A stretch of DNA of 64,000 bases from Podarcis cretensis (Eukaryota): positions 29,140,001 through 29,204,000 of the forward strand of contig OX638150.1 of the NCBI GenBank assembly GCA_951804945.1, written 5' to 3'. The position numbers and the translations under genes are program-made. How positions within the stretch are numbered: position 1 is the stretch's first letter; every line of letters starts with the position of its first letter. A model generated the notes under the pieces. That model saw nothing but the letters and a program-made list of their open reading frames with translations, was not told the origin of the DNA and made no database searches. Positions 1 through 11,401 of the stretch are shown here, piece by piece.

Positions 1-24
1 TAAAAAGGAAAAAAAAAACTTGTG

Positions 25-155
25 NNNNNNNNNNNNNNNNNNNNNNNNNNNNNNNNNNNNNNNNNNNNNNNNNNNNNNNNNNNNNNNNNNNNNNNNNNNN
101 NNNNNNNNNNNNNNNNNNNNNNNNNNNNNNNNNNNNNNNNNNNNNNNNNNNNNNN
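25..155. other. Assembly gap (N run)
   Basis: Run of n characters that truncates the 5' part of a MITE copy. Confidence 0.99.
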
Positions 156-491
156 AAATTAATCCGTTCCGTGAGGCTCTTCGTATAGCGGTTTTTTCGT
201 CTTGCGAAGCAAGCCCATTGACAGCTTAGCGGATTAGCGCTATTAGCGGTTTAGCGGCTTTTAGCGGATCAGCTGATAAGCGGCTTATCAGCGGATCAGA
301 TGATAAGCGGCTTAGGGCTTAGGAAAAGGGGGGGGGGAGGGAAAAAACCCCACAGGAACTTGCAAGACATTTTCGTCTTGCGAAGCAAGCCCATAGGGAA
401 ATTCGTTTTGCGAAGCGCCTCCAAAACGGAAAACCCTTTCGTCTAGCGGGTTTTCCGTCTTGCGAGGCGTTCGTCTTGCGGGGCACCACTG
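156..491. mobile_element. Tc1/mariner/pogo-type MITE, family A copy 1 (left end lost in gap)
   Basis: Ends in ...TTCGTCTTGCGGGGCACCACTG followed by TA. Near-identical to the copies at 3738 and 25891. Confidence 0.85.
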
Positions 492-2386
492 TATAGAATA
501 TGAACCACTCTTCTGTTTGGGAGTTGATGTTCTTTGATGCTTACTGGAGAGGTCGAAGCAAAGTAAAATGTTCTCTCCCCGAAAGCATGAAGCTGATCAT
601 CAGTGGGAGTCCATTGGTTCTTCTTGGGATGGGCAACTGTAGCACCTCCTCTGTTCTATGTTCCCTGCGGCCACAACAGCATTCAGAAAGTTCCATGACA
701 AAGGGAATTTAATTACCATTTCAGCACCAGTACAGCAATTTCCATTAGTGGAAACAGAGGCAATTTTCCAGCAAGAATACCCTGTGGTGCTGTTCCTGTG
801 CCACTGGTGGTATTTAATCATGTAGACGGAACGCGAGGAAGCCGCAGTAAGATGCAAGCAGGAAATAATTTGTCTGCTTTCTTTCTAAGCCGAATACATT
901 CAGACTGTTTCATTCCTTTGGCTGAAGAGAATATTGGATGCTGAAGTCCACAGGCTACTTTAGGGTCACCTTCTTCTGGAATTTCACTTGGGTGCCTATA
1001 TCCATTCAGACCTCACTGGTTTCATCTCGTTTGCCAGCATGTAATTGGTGCTGGGAAGGCAAGGAAATTGATGCAGTATGACATGCTATTTTTCAAGGTT
1101 TTCGTCTTGTATCTCCCTGGTTCCATTTGAAAAGGGAAGACCTGCCTTGTATTCTCCCAAGTTTTTAGGGGGAGGATGTTGTATTATTTTTGCCTCCTTT
1201 TCTTCCTCTTCTAAACATGATTTGAAATGGATTTGAGGTTATACTGTGTTATTTTCATGGTGCCCCTGTATACCTTGATGCAGGGCTGTCTTTCCTCTGC
1301 TTATATAAAGTTCTTAACCATCTTATTGGACCCATTGGAACTGGTCCATGATGTCTTTTTTGTCATAGGTGGTTTGATGGCTGCTGTTTAGGCAATCAGC
1401 ACATTGTGCAAAGAGCCTTAAAGATTGCAATGCCTTAGTTCCTTAACTGAATTTTAGTATTATGTTCAAGTGTTCCTACCCTATATTCCTTCCTGATTCT
1501 ACCATTTTTTGGCCACACTCTGTTATTTTTAGCTGGGCCCTCGTCTGTCCTTTTTACCTGAAGCTTCAGTGAACTTATAGTTTAGGCTGCGAGTCTCCTT
1601 CATTTGTCCTTGCCCAACTTGCAAAACTATTAGGTGTGCTCTGGGAAAGCCCACCTCCCACTTCCCTGCCTATGTTGGAAGGAGGAGAATAGGATCCCGT
1701 TGGAAGCAGGAAAGCCATTTCTCTGTTCTCTTGATGCTTTTATGGAACTCAAATTGGCAGCATCACTCTGAGTGGTTGCCTCCTCCATCCTTGCCCTCCT
1801 GCTTCCTCCAGCTCTAAACACTTCATTTGTTGTGAGAGGTTCTGGAAGAACAGAGTAGCGATAGCCCAGCTGCAGCTTCTAAGGCAGGGGATCTGTGAAG
1901 GGAAGCAGCCCAATCAATGGCTCACAAAAGCAGACTCACAGCTGAGCAATAAAAGCCGTGGGCTGCTCTCGCTGCAGATGCCCCATAAACCTGGTGCATG
2001 AAGGCTCTTTTTGTTAGGGATCTGTACTATTCTCATTGCTGGCAGCCCTGGAGGAAGGGACAGGTCCCTTCTCCTTGCTCCAGGGAGAATATTGCCCAGC
2101 AATTTAATTGAGGCAGTATTTTACTATCAAAAAAGACATGCCAGAGAGAGAGGTAAGATTCGGCCTTTCCGAGAGGAGGCTGGTTCAAAGTGCAGATAAA
2201 ATAAATAAAAATATGCAGGTGTTGTTTTATTTGTTGAACGGGATCCAGAAACTTACTCACATGGAACTTGTTTCTGTTTTGGAGAGGACTATATTTCTCA
2301 ATCAATATATTGTTGTTAGGGAAAACGGATTATTTTTCCACCTTATGGGACCATTGCCCTTTGGCATGCTGTACCAAATGTGGTGT

Positions 2387-2741
2387 GGGACGCGGGTGGC
2401 ACTGTGGGTTAAACCACAGAGCCTAGGACTTGCCAATCAGAAGGTCGGCGGTTCGAATCCCCACAACGGGGTGAGCTCCCATTGCTCGGTCCCTGCTCCT
2501 GCCAACCTAGCAGTTCTAAAGCATGTCAAAGTGCAAGTAGATAAATAGGTACTGCTCCTGCGGGAAGGTAAACGGCGTTTCCGTGCGCTTCTCTGGTTCG
2601 CCAGAAGCGGCTTAGTCATGCTGGCCACATGACTCAGAAGCTGTACACCGGCTCCCTTGGCCCATAAAGTGAGATGAGTGCCGCAACCCCAGAGTTGGTC
2701 ACAACTGGACCTAATGGTCAGGGGTCCCTTTACCTTTACCT
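2387..2741 (+). mobile_element. Sauria SINE (tRNA-derived), full length
   Basis: GGGACGCGGGTGGC head, GGTTCGAATCC B-box, (ACCTTT)n tail. TSD TACCAAATGTGGT at 2372-2384 and 2742-2754. Two further copies in the window. Confidence 0.92.
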
Positions 2742-3266
2742 TACCAAATGTGGTAGCATGCTCTATCCTTCCCCTGATCTGATGTTGTTATAAGGAGACA
2801 ACCACATCACGTGTGTTCTTTTAGTGCATGTGGGTGGGGAATCATTTGAACCCTCTTTTGTGACCCTAATTACAATATGCAGATTATACCTATGCAATAG
2901 ACCACTGAGAGGATACTCTTCTGTAAACAACGCACGGGAAGCACAAAAATGGGATGCAGATATCATTTGTGCATCTCTTCCTTGCTCCTTCCAGTGACGT
3001 GTCCCAAGTTGCCCCTGCTCTCACTCCTTGCAGTGACTTTTCAGATTTGTTTTGTAACTTTAGGTGAGCTTGCTACCCAAAGGGGTTTTGCTTTGAATAG
3101 CCAGATGGGTTCACACGGCAAGTCTCCATTTTCCTCAGGGATTCCTCCCGCTTTGCACATCCAGAGTAGGCATCACGCAGCTTTTAAGAAAGGAGTGAGC
3201 CTCTCATCCAGGTTTTTGTTTTGTTCATAAATATCCCTCCAAGGGCATACCAGCCATCTAAAATAT

Positions 3267-3402
3267 CAGGCATAGGCAAACACGGCCCTCCAGATGTTTT
3301 GGGACTACAACTCCCATTATCCCTAGCTAACAGAACCAGTGGCAAGGGATGATGGGAATTGTAGTCCCAAAACATCTGGAGGGCTGAGTTTGCCTGTGCC
3401 TG
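3267..3402. mobile_element. Palindromic hAT-like MITE (~135 bp)
   Basis: CAGGCATAGGCAAAC...GTTTGCCTGTGCCTG termini with GGACTACAACTCCCA / TGGGAATTGTAGTCC internal inverted repeat. TSD degenerate. Confidence 0.8.
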
Positions 3403-3737
3403 TATTATCTCATGGAGTTACCGTAGATTTGATAGAAGATTATGGAAATAAAAAGAGCAGTACTGAAATGGTACGTTAAATGTTTCTATTGCAAGTTTGG
3501 AGTTTTGTATTTTTTATGTTTATTATAATAAACTCTCTAATTATACATTTTTTTTAAAAAAAAGATTTGAGTGAGAGCAGAAATTAAGTCATTTTCTTTC
3601 TCTCCCTCTCCATGTCTGCGCATTTGCACATATGCACATGTGCATTTGCACACACACACCAAGACGCCTTCTCATCCATTCAGAGTGAATTTAATGTTTC
3701 ATCATTGCCTTTGAACCAAGGCTTGCAGGGATATGTA

Positions 3738-4079
3738 CAGTGGTGCCTCGCAAGACGAAAAGAATCCGTTCCGCGATTCTCTTCGTCTAGCAGTTTTTTT
3801 GTCTTGCGAAGCAAGCCCATTGATGGATTAGCGGATTAGCGCTATTAGCGGTTTAGTGGCTTTTAGCGGCTTATCGGCTTAGCGGATAAGCGGATAAACG
3901 GCTTAGCGGCTTAGAAAAAGGGGGGGAGGGGGGAAAAACCGCAGGAACTCACAAGACATTTTCGTCTTGCGAAGCAAGCCCATAGGAAATTCGTTTTGCG
4001 AAGCACCTCCAAAACGGAAAACTCTTTCGTCTAGCGAGTTTTCCGTCTTGCGAGGCATTTGTCTTGCGGGGCACCACTG
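3738..4079. mobile_element. Tc1/mariner/pogo-type MITE, family A copy 2
   Basis: TA|CAGTGGTGCCTCGCAAGACGAA ... TTTGTCTTGCGGGGCACCACTG|TA: TIRs plus TA duplication, no ORF. Confidence 0.9.
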
Positions 4080-4287
4080 TATCGTAGGGGGCATGGATCA
4101 AATTCATAACTAACTTTCATCAGATATATACCAATGTAAGGAGAAATTGGAGTCTTTTAAACCTATAGTGCTATAATTTTCTAATGAAGTCTATAGCCAA
4201 GTAAGTTCCACTCTGTCATTGTTATCCTATGTTATCCCAGAGTCAGTTTGCCACATTATCTTTGCATCTGCTATTTTATTTTATATC

Positions 4288-4288
<1 letters not shown>

Positions 4289-4330
<42 letters not shown>
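4289..4330. repeat. (TCTA)n microsatellite
   Basis: Tandem TCTA/ATCT units seen directly. Confidence 0.95.
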
Positions 4331-4331
<1 letters not shown>

Positions 4332-5281
4332 CACAATTTCCAAAACCACATTCACATTAAAATAAAAAAAATCCCATTCATATATTTCTTTAAAATAAAA
4401 CAATCATTTATGACTTCTCTTTTTGCCCTTCCCTGGTTCCTTTAATTTTTGCCAAGCCTCCTTATTTGGGACCTCACTCGCCCGCCATTACTGGATTAAC
4501 AAAATCCTGGCTGCTTTAGTAGCATACATAAATCGATTGCATCTATTTCTTGTTGCATTGCGACCTATTATTATTGTGATTATTGCTATGCTTATTATTC
4601 CACTAACTATTCTAAAAAGTAATTCCCATTTGAGATCCTCGAGAGACAGAGTTCAAGAGGGGCAGTAATGGAGAAATGACTTGTTTATGTTCACGTGGAA
4701 AGTGAAGGCAGAGAAGGGCATAAAATCTACCCTCTGATCTTTATTGCACTCACCTGTTCACTCTAACACTTTGTTGAGTCGAGGATGCAGGGCACCCTCC
4801 TCCTTATTTGAATTGCATTCTCTAAAGTGCCATATGGGTAGCTTATGTCTCTTTCCCCCCTCACCAAGAGGGCAAATTTTTTTTAAAAAAAAAAATCAAA
4901 AATCCAAGCAGGGGATCTGTAACCATCTCCAGCTGTCATCTCAGGAAGAAAGAGAAGAATTTACAGTTAACAGTAATCCACTGGGAACCTTTTCTGTACT
5001 GGTTTCATTGAATTAAATGAGACACTTCGGCAAGCACTCCTCCTTCCCATGTTTGTTTAGTGTGGTTTTTTTAAACAACAACAAAAACCTGAAATTGCCT
5101 CTGAGGACTTAACCAGACCTCCGTTTGCCCCACTGCTTCCCTGGGGAAACCGGTAATCTTTAGCGCTGAATTGCAACAAACAGCAATAGTTTCCCCCCCA
5201 AATTGCTGTTGGTTCCGATTTCAGCTTTAAAAAATAATGCAGGAGCTTCATTGTTTGTTTATCTGTAGTTTGGCTCTAAGC

Positions 5282-5417
5282 CAGGCACAGGCAAACTCGG
5301 CCCTCCAGGTGTTTTGGGACTACAACTCCCATCCTCCCTAGCTAACAGGACCAGTGGTCAGGGATGATGGGAGTTGTAGTCCCAAAACATATGGAAGGCT
5401 GAGTTTGCCTATGCCTG
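5282..5417. mobile_element. Palindromic hAT-like MITE
   Basis: Same family as 3267-3402. Imperfect 8-bp flanks CTCTAAGC / CCCTAAGG. Confidence 0.82.
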
Positions 5418-7984
5418 CCCTAAGGACTGAAGGGAAGAGGTCAGGTCCTCCCCACTACCCAAGCTTAATGGGGACAGAGCTCAAGGAGATGTCTTAACAG
5501 TGCAGCACATGTAGAAAGACCTGCCACAGGTGGAAACAGTCAGGAGGAAAGACATGGATTGAGAACATGGGCCGGATGCTGTAGGTCAGTAGAAAATCCA
5601 GGGGCTGCAGTGGAGGGGATTTCAGAAGCAAAAGCTGCCAGGGTGTTTGGGAGCCACCAGGGATTCCTGTGTTCTAAATCCCACCCTTTCAGGCTCAGAA
5701 GAACCATTGTGTCGAGTGAGCACATCAAGAAGAAGGCTGGGGTCTCAGTGTGGGGGTGGTAGTCCATCAGGGCAAATGAAGCACTGCACCCACCTTTTCT
5801 AAGCCAGCCCCCACCTACCTGACTTTTTAGAACCAGTCCAGGAGGTGCCAGTACCTGCCAGCTTCCTCCTCAGTTTCAGGTGTGTTTGCATTACTGCCTC
5901 AGAGCACAGCGAGGTTGTTGGGTTCTTTTTTGCAGACCCCCCCCCATCAGCTGTTGACATGGCACAGTCCCAGCCCAGCCTCTGAATGAATAGCTCTAGC
6001 TCTGAGGGTAGGAGGCATGATCAAGTGGTTAGAGCAAATTATGAACTATATTCCATTTAGCGAATGGGATTCTGTGCTCAGTCCTGCCTATCAGAACAGC
6101 CACTACAGTGGCTAAATGGCCTTAGTTATCCTTGCCTGCTTATTTGTGTCGTTAAAATTACTTCTAGGATGCACCCTTCTGAAATCTAGCCCTGCGAAGC
6201 ACAATATGCTGTTTCAGGCATTTCTGGCTGCGCTCATTACTCCTCGCCACCCACCACCAGCATGCTTGCCTTTCGCGTTGTTGATTTAGTACTGACTCTT
6301 CCCCCTGAAAGAGCAGCTGCATGACTTCAGAGCAGGGCTTTGTTCCTGCGAGAGATAAATTAGAGGCATCTCTTAGGGAGACTGAATTACCCCAGCAAAC
6401 CACAGCTTGGAAATAAGGGGATGAAACACCTTTGTCAGGTTCCCTCCTCTCTCCATAGCTGGATGAGGAACGCCGTCCAGCCCCACACGTGATTCCAGAT
6501 CCTAGCTGGGAAGTCCATCTGGAACAAGTGCTGAGAAAATCCCAGGCTCCTGGTTGCCTAGGCACCAAAAAATGTTCTGTTGGTGCCTAGACAATTTGCA
6601 AAGAAAATTCAGTTCTCTGCAGCATTGCTCCCTCAAAACTCTTGTTCAGGTTCTCGGGAAATCCAAACATTTCCCCCGCAAACTGCCCTAGAACTACTAC
6701 GGTAAATCGCACAGCAGTTCAATCCCACCCCCACGCCTGGGCTCGGTGGTATTGCAAATGCCAGCAGACAGATGGATTACACTCTTGCCAGTTTTGGGCC
6801 TCGTGGAAACACAGGAGTCAACCGGAGGATATGGGCCTCTCTCTTAGCTGGTAGAAGCAGGGCTGCATCCTTACAGAAAGCCAGGAATCCCACTGCTGGG
6901 GTTGAGGAGGCAGGCAAGGGATGCTTATTGCCATGGCGATGGTGTCATGACAAGTTATTTTGCTCCATTTCACGGCATGTGTGGGATTAGAACAGAGAGC
7001 AAGCGTTTGTGACTTTGCATGTGTGTGCAGCATCTATTGTTTAATGTGCCTACGCATAGTTGTATGCTCTCACTCACACACAATATCCTCTCCTATCCTT
7101 TCATCTTCCAGCATTTACATGTTCCCATACACTCTCCTATGTACATGCTTTGTCTCATACGCGTATGTGCTTCTTAACATACCATTGTAGCAACCAGTTA
7201 AATGCTCCCCCTGGGACTATATTAGCTAGCTTAAATTGGCAAATTAGCTCTTTTGCATTACAAAGCATCTTGGGCTCCGTGATCTTGATGCCTTTAATAT
7301 TTCTTTTGTTTATTGACTTCCCCTTTTTGCTGTGAAATTAATTTTTATTGCTCTGATTGTCTCATTTCCCCTTTAATCTTCTGAATGCCAGCTATCTTCA
7401 TTATTTTAAAGGAGCTGCCGTACTGGCCTTCAGGATACAGCAAGCATTCTCCCTCTTGCTTGTTTCCCCCCTTCTGAAATGTGTGCAGTCTCCAACATCC
7501 CTTTATGTTTCAGGAGGCAAAACAGAGGGGGTGCTCAGAACCACCAGAAGTCAGGCCTTCTTCAAAGCAGCTGGCTGCTAGCAGACAGTGGTCTGCCAAC
7601 CAGGCACTGAGGTCTTATGCACACTTTCTGTTGTTCCATAGGGAAACCCACTCTTTAGTGCTCATTCGGAGCAAACAGCTGTTTGGATTTTCTGCAGGTT
7701 GCTATTTGTTCTGATTTAGAGCTAAAGAGAGGGTTTTTCCTGAGAAAGGAGCGAGGCAAGAGGGAAACTGCTTGGATTCATGCTTTCTAGGTAAGGGACA
7801 AGCGGAAATGTCCCTCCGTGAATATCCACACTGTCTGAAACTGGCGATAGCTTCTCCCTGAGCATAATGGAAATGACTGTGCTTTTCACCAAACACTGTG
7901 TGTGTGCAGCAGGGTGCCATGGGTCCAAACTGAGAAGGACAAGCACCACGCTGCTTTCATACAGAGCAGTGAACTATGAACAAC

Positions 7985-8165
7985 AGCGAGCAGTGTAGTG
8001 GCTGGAGTTTCAGACTAGGACCTGGAGGACCAGGGTTCAAATCCCTAGTCGCTCTGGGTGACTTTGGGCCAATAACTGTCTCTCAGCCTCACCTACTTCA
8101 CAGGGATTGCTTGAGAGGGAGAACCATGTACACCACCTTGAGTTCCTTGCAGAAAATAAAGAAAT
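7985..8165 (+). mobile_element. Degenerate tRNA-derived SINE (CORE/MIR-like body)
   Basis: GTGTAGTGG A-box-like and GGTTCAAATCC B-box, followed by GGGTGACTTTGGGCCA...CTCTCAGCCTCA. Boundaries approximate. Confidence 0.55.
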
Positions 8166-8873
8166 CCATTAACAAATTAGAAATCTGAGGTATGTGAGGG
8201 AGGTGGATGGAGATCAGCAGGGCTGTGGGAAGTACAGGTAGGGCAACCAGGGGCCTATTTTATGTTAACCCAGCAGCATCCATCGCTGCCCCAACCTGGA
8301 CAAACTCTACATGTTAAAAGCAGAGAGGAAATGTGCTGTGCACCTCTGTCTCTTGCATGGCACGGTTGCCTCCGACTTCTACTTCTCCTCAGCTTCTCCA
8401 GGATGTAGGCCATGTAGGACCAGGCCAGGTAGTCCACATGGGTTGAAGAGCATCTCTGGTTCCTTCTCTTTCCTATATCATACCTGATCTCTGAGCAGAA
8501 GGGAGAGTGAAATGGGCTTGGGAGTGTTCCAGGAGTTGGGAAGGAGAGTAACCGACAGACCTTTTGTCTGAGAAAGTGTTTTTTAAGTGTATCGGTTGGA
8601 GCAGGGGGCGAACGTGCTTTGGTGCTGTCACAGCAAAAGGGTTCCTTAAGCCCAGAAGCTCTGGGCTAACTTTGAGCCTGTAACAAAGGAGGGGGGAAAG
8701 GTGAAATTGTAGTCAAGTGCCATTCTGCAGGGTTCTGCTCCTGGATGTCCTTTTTCCGTCTTCAACTAAATGCTTCCCTTTTAAAAAGAAAAAAGTACAT
8801 CTCCATCCTTGGCTTTCCCTGCCCTTCCTTTCTAATCTTTCCCCCCTGCTGTGTCCCATTTGTCTCCCTACAG

Positions 8874-9007
8874 ACGGCACTCCCTTGAGTGAGCTCTCCT
8901 GGTCTTCCTCTCTGGTGGTTGTGGCTGTTTCCTTCTCTGGGCTGTTCACATTCATCTTCCTCATGTTGGCCTGTCTGTGCTGCAAGAAGGGGGGCATTGG
9001 CTTCAAG
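8874..9007 (+). CDS. AATK: AATK/LMTK1 coding exon (human exon 2 equivalent): hydrophobic segment and MLACLCCKK palmitoylation motif
   Basis: cag|AC GGC ACT...TTC AAG|gtaagc, 134 nt. Encodes (D)GTPLSELSWSSSLVVVAVSFSGLFTFIFLMLACLCCKKGGIGFK, recognisably AATK. Confidence 0.96.
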
Positions 9008-9446
9008 GTAAGCACTGTGGGAAGCCCACCTCCTCCCTAGGGCTAGCTGTGTAGCAGCACCGTACTTTGAGGTAGAGAGGGAGGTCGTTCTCTGTCTCCT
9101 CGGGGTCTGTGATTGCAAGGAGAGGTGGCGGGTGCTCAGCATTGGGCTAGAACAAACCTCGCTCTGGGTAGCCCTTCTTAGAACACCCGTGGCAAGGAGG
9201 CAAGATTCGTGTGGGAGAGAAGCAGATTTTGGGGGCGCACCCTTGTTCACAAACCCTTGCTGCTCAGAGAAAGCAGGGGCAGAGAGAGAAGTGTGTTTGT
9301 GTGTGAAAGAGAGAGGGCAACAGCCAAGCAGCAGGCAAAGGATCTTAGCTGTGACAGGAATTCATCATGGGCTGAAGATGAAATGGGGTGGGCAAGGTTA
9401 GTGAGCAACAACATCTCCAACAAAGCCTGGTGTCAGGGGCTTGCTG

Positions 9447-9586
9447 AGAATCATAGAGTTGGAAGGGACCACAAGGGTCATCTAGTCGAACCCCCTGCAA
9501 TGCAGGAATCTTTCGCCCAATGTGGGGCTCGAACCCGTGACCCTGAGGTTGAGAATCTCACGCTCTACCAACTGAGCTAGCAAGCC
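9447..9586 (-). mobile_element. SINE with tRNA-Lys-like head and CR1-derived 3' tail
   Basis: Minus strand reads CTAGCTCAGTTGGTAGAGCGTGAGA...GGGTTCGAGCCCCACATTGGGCG, then CTAGATGACC...GGTCCCTTCCAACTCTATGATTCT. Confidence 0.75.
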
Positions 9587-10483
9587 TTAGAACAGAGCAA
9601 GGGATGCTTGTCTGGCATTCTGTTGGAAGTGGGGGTGTTGGGGTTGAAGGAGACCCTGTTGAGTCCTAACCAACCCAGAAGAAGAGGCGGATGGGCAAGT
9701 GGAAACATAGGAAGTTGCCTTACTCCGTTCGGACTGTTGTCTGCCTAGGCCTGAGTGCCAGCAGCTCACCAGGGTCTCAGGAGGGCCATTGCCACCACCT
9801 GCTTCCTGAGCCTTTTAAATGGAGAGGCCAGAGAGTGATCCAGGGACCTTCCACATGAAATGCAAGTGCTCTTCCAGTGAAATAACAGCTTCTGCTGTTG
9901 GGCCCAGAGGCAGTGGGCTTCAGTGTGATGGCTGCTGTTTCCCTGAGGCACTGTGTCAGAATTTAGACCAGGTTTGTACACCGATGCCCTTATTTGTACG
10001 CGTGACAAAGGTACAGTCCTGCAAGTGGGGCGATTTAGTAAACCAGAGCTGTCTTTAAAGCCTCCAGGAAGGTCAGTGGGGATTGTTGGTGGGGCTGAGC
10101 TCAGGAGGGAGGAGGGCATTCTCTCTGGAAGCCTCCTTTGCTCAGTCTGGTGCCGTGCTGTGAGGAGCAGGTAAGAAGAGCCCACAAAATACGAAAAGGC
10201 ACACAAAGAGAGTAGCAAAAGTCCATAGGTGCCCTTGAAACAACATCAAAGCGTGTTTCAGGTCCGATGGCTCTTCGTCAGCAGCAACCAAACAAGTTTT
10301 AATGAGGAGATAAGTGTTTGTGCAAACTGTCTGCCTTAACACGCTCTTCCGTGCACACCTTTTGCAGGTAAGGGCGCAAACTCCCAAGGCGCTTTCCTCT
10401 CCCTGACAGCATAAGCTCTGTCGACTTCTAACGGGGAGCTCAATGGTGCAGTAGGCATTTCAGGGTACTGAGATGGCCTAAGA

Positions 10484-10845
10484 CAGGGGTCCCCAAACTA
10501 AGGTCCACGGGCTGGATAAGGCCCGAGGGACTTGTTTATCCGGCCTGTAGCGAGCCCCACCACCTGCTCTTACCGGCTCTGTGCTGTGCAGCTGCTGACT
10601 TCCGGGTCGGAGGAGCACCGGAAATAGCTTGTGCGCATGCGCAAGCGTTATTTCCGGTGCACATCTGGGTTGGAGGAGGCCCGTGCACATGTGCACAAGC
10701 TATTTCTGGTGCTCCTCCAACCTGGAAGTGTGCCAGAAATAGCATGTGTGCATGCGTATGGGCATGTGCTCCCCTACCCTCTGGCCCACCATGTGATCGG
10801 CGCTGGAGACACCGGCCCAAGGCGTGGTAAGTTTGCTGACCCCTG
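10484..10845. mobile_element. Non-autonomous hAT (Charlie-like) DNA transposon
   Basis: CAGGGGTCCCCAAACT ... AGTTTGCTGACCCCTG termini. 8-bp flanks GCCTAAGA / TCCTAAGA (7/8). Confidence 0.85.
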
Positions 10846-11213
10846 TCCTAAGAGGAAGGATCTCTTTCTTTTGCCTCTTGTCTTGAAGAAAATACATGAG
10901 TCTTAGTTTGTGAGCCACACATGACATACCCTTCTTGCCAGAGTAGTGTCAGGGTGTCCCTTCTTAAATTCCCAGGCTGGTTGGCATCCTCATCCAGTCT
11001 TGGCGGTGGCCTGCCCTGGAATGCCCCACGAGGGAGTGGGCAGCGCCAGCCTGACCTCACAGGCACAGAATGTGCTGGAGAAATGTGTTGCTGAGATTCT
11101 TGCGGGGGCTCTTGGCAGCCAGGCCGTGGTGCAGCCGTGGGGTGCTGGAATGGAAGCTATGGACAGTTCCGTGGGCTGGCGGCTGTGCAGCACCGGCCAG
11201 GTTTTGCCGTGGG

Positions 11214-11255
11214 AACAATGAGGCGCTTCAGAGGCCCCTACGCTGCCTATATAGG
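11214..11255 (+). promoter_or_regulatory. Candidate internal AATK promoter: SOX motif (AACAATG) and TATA-like/CArG element (CCTATATAGG)
   Basis: AACAATG at 11214-11220 and CC(A/T)6GG at 11246-11255, just upstream of a candidate first exon. Motif evidence only. Confidence 0.4.
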
Positions 11256-11341
11256 GGGCGCAGGGAGGGTTTGCAAAGCAGCCTCCATGCTTTCCCTGTG
11301 GAAATGCTGCAGCAGCTCAAGGGCGTCATGGCACAAGGGTG

Positions 11342-11401
11342 ATGCTCACCCTTTCCTACCTGGTTGCCGGGGCAGCCTTCGGTGGGATAAAGTCCGTCCA
11401 G
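11342..11401 (+). CDS. AATK: Candidate alternative first coding exon of AATK (MLTLSYLVAGAAFGGIKSVQ)
   Basis: ATG at 11342, 20 codons, CAG|GTAACT donor in phase 0 matching the phase-0 acceptor at 14218. No transcript evidence. Confidence 0.5.

Noticed and set aside
220-325. TTAGCGG arrays as telomeric repeats or a CRISPR-like array
   Set aside because: Not TTAGGG tandem repeats and no repeat-spacer structure. They are internal to a TIR-bounded MITE in a vertebrate genome.
2108-2548. 146-aa ORF, and the similar ORF at 20963-21190
   Set aside because: The shared peptide (GTRVALWVKPQSLGLA...) is just translation of the Sauria SINE head.
1-8873. AATK exon 1 (MSSSFFNPSFAFSSHFDP-like) or main promoter
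   Set aside because: No matching coding sequence or CpG island seen. The CpG-rich patches here are MITEs, so exon 1 is presumably upstream of the window.
9500-9586. tRNA-Lys gene (likewise tRNA-Ile-like sequence near 34790-34855)
   Set aside because: Anticodon arm and stems are mutated, and the sequence is fused to a CR1-type tail. These are SINE heads, not functional tRNAs.
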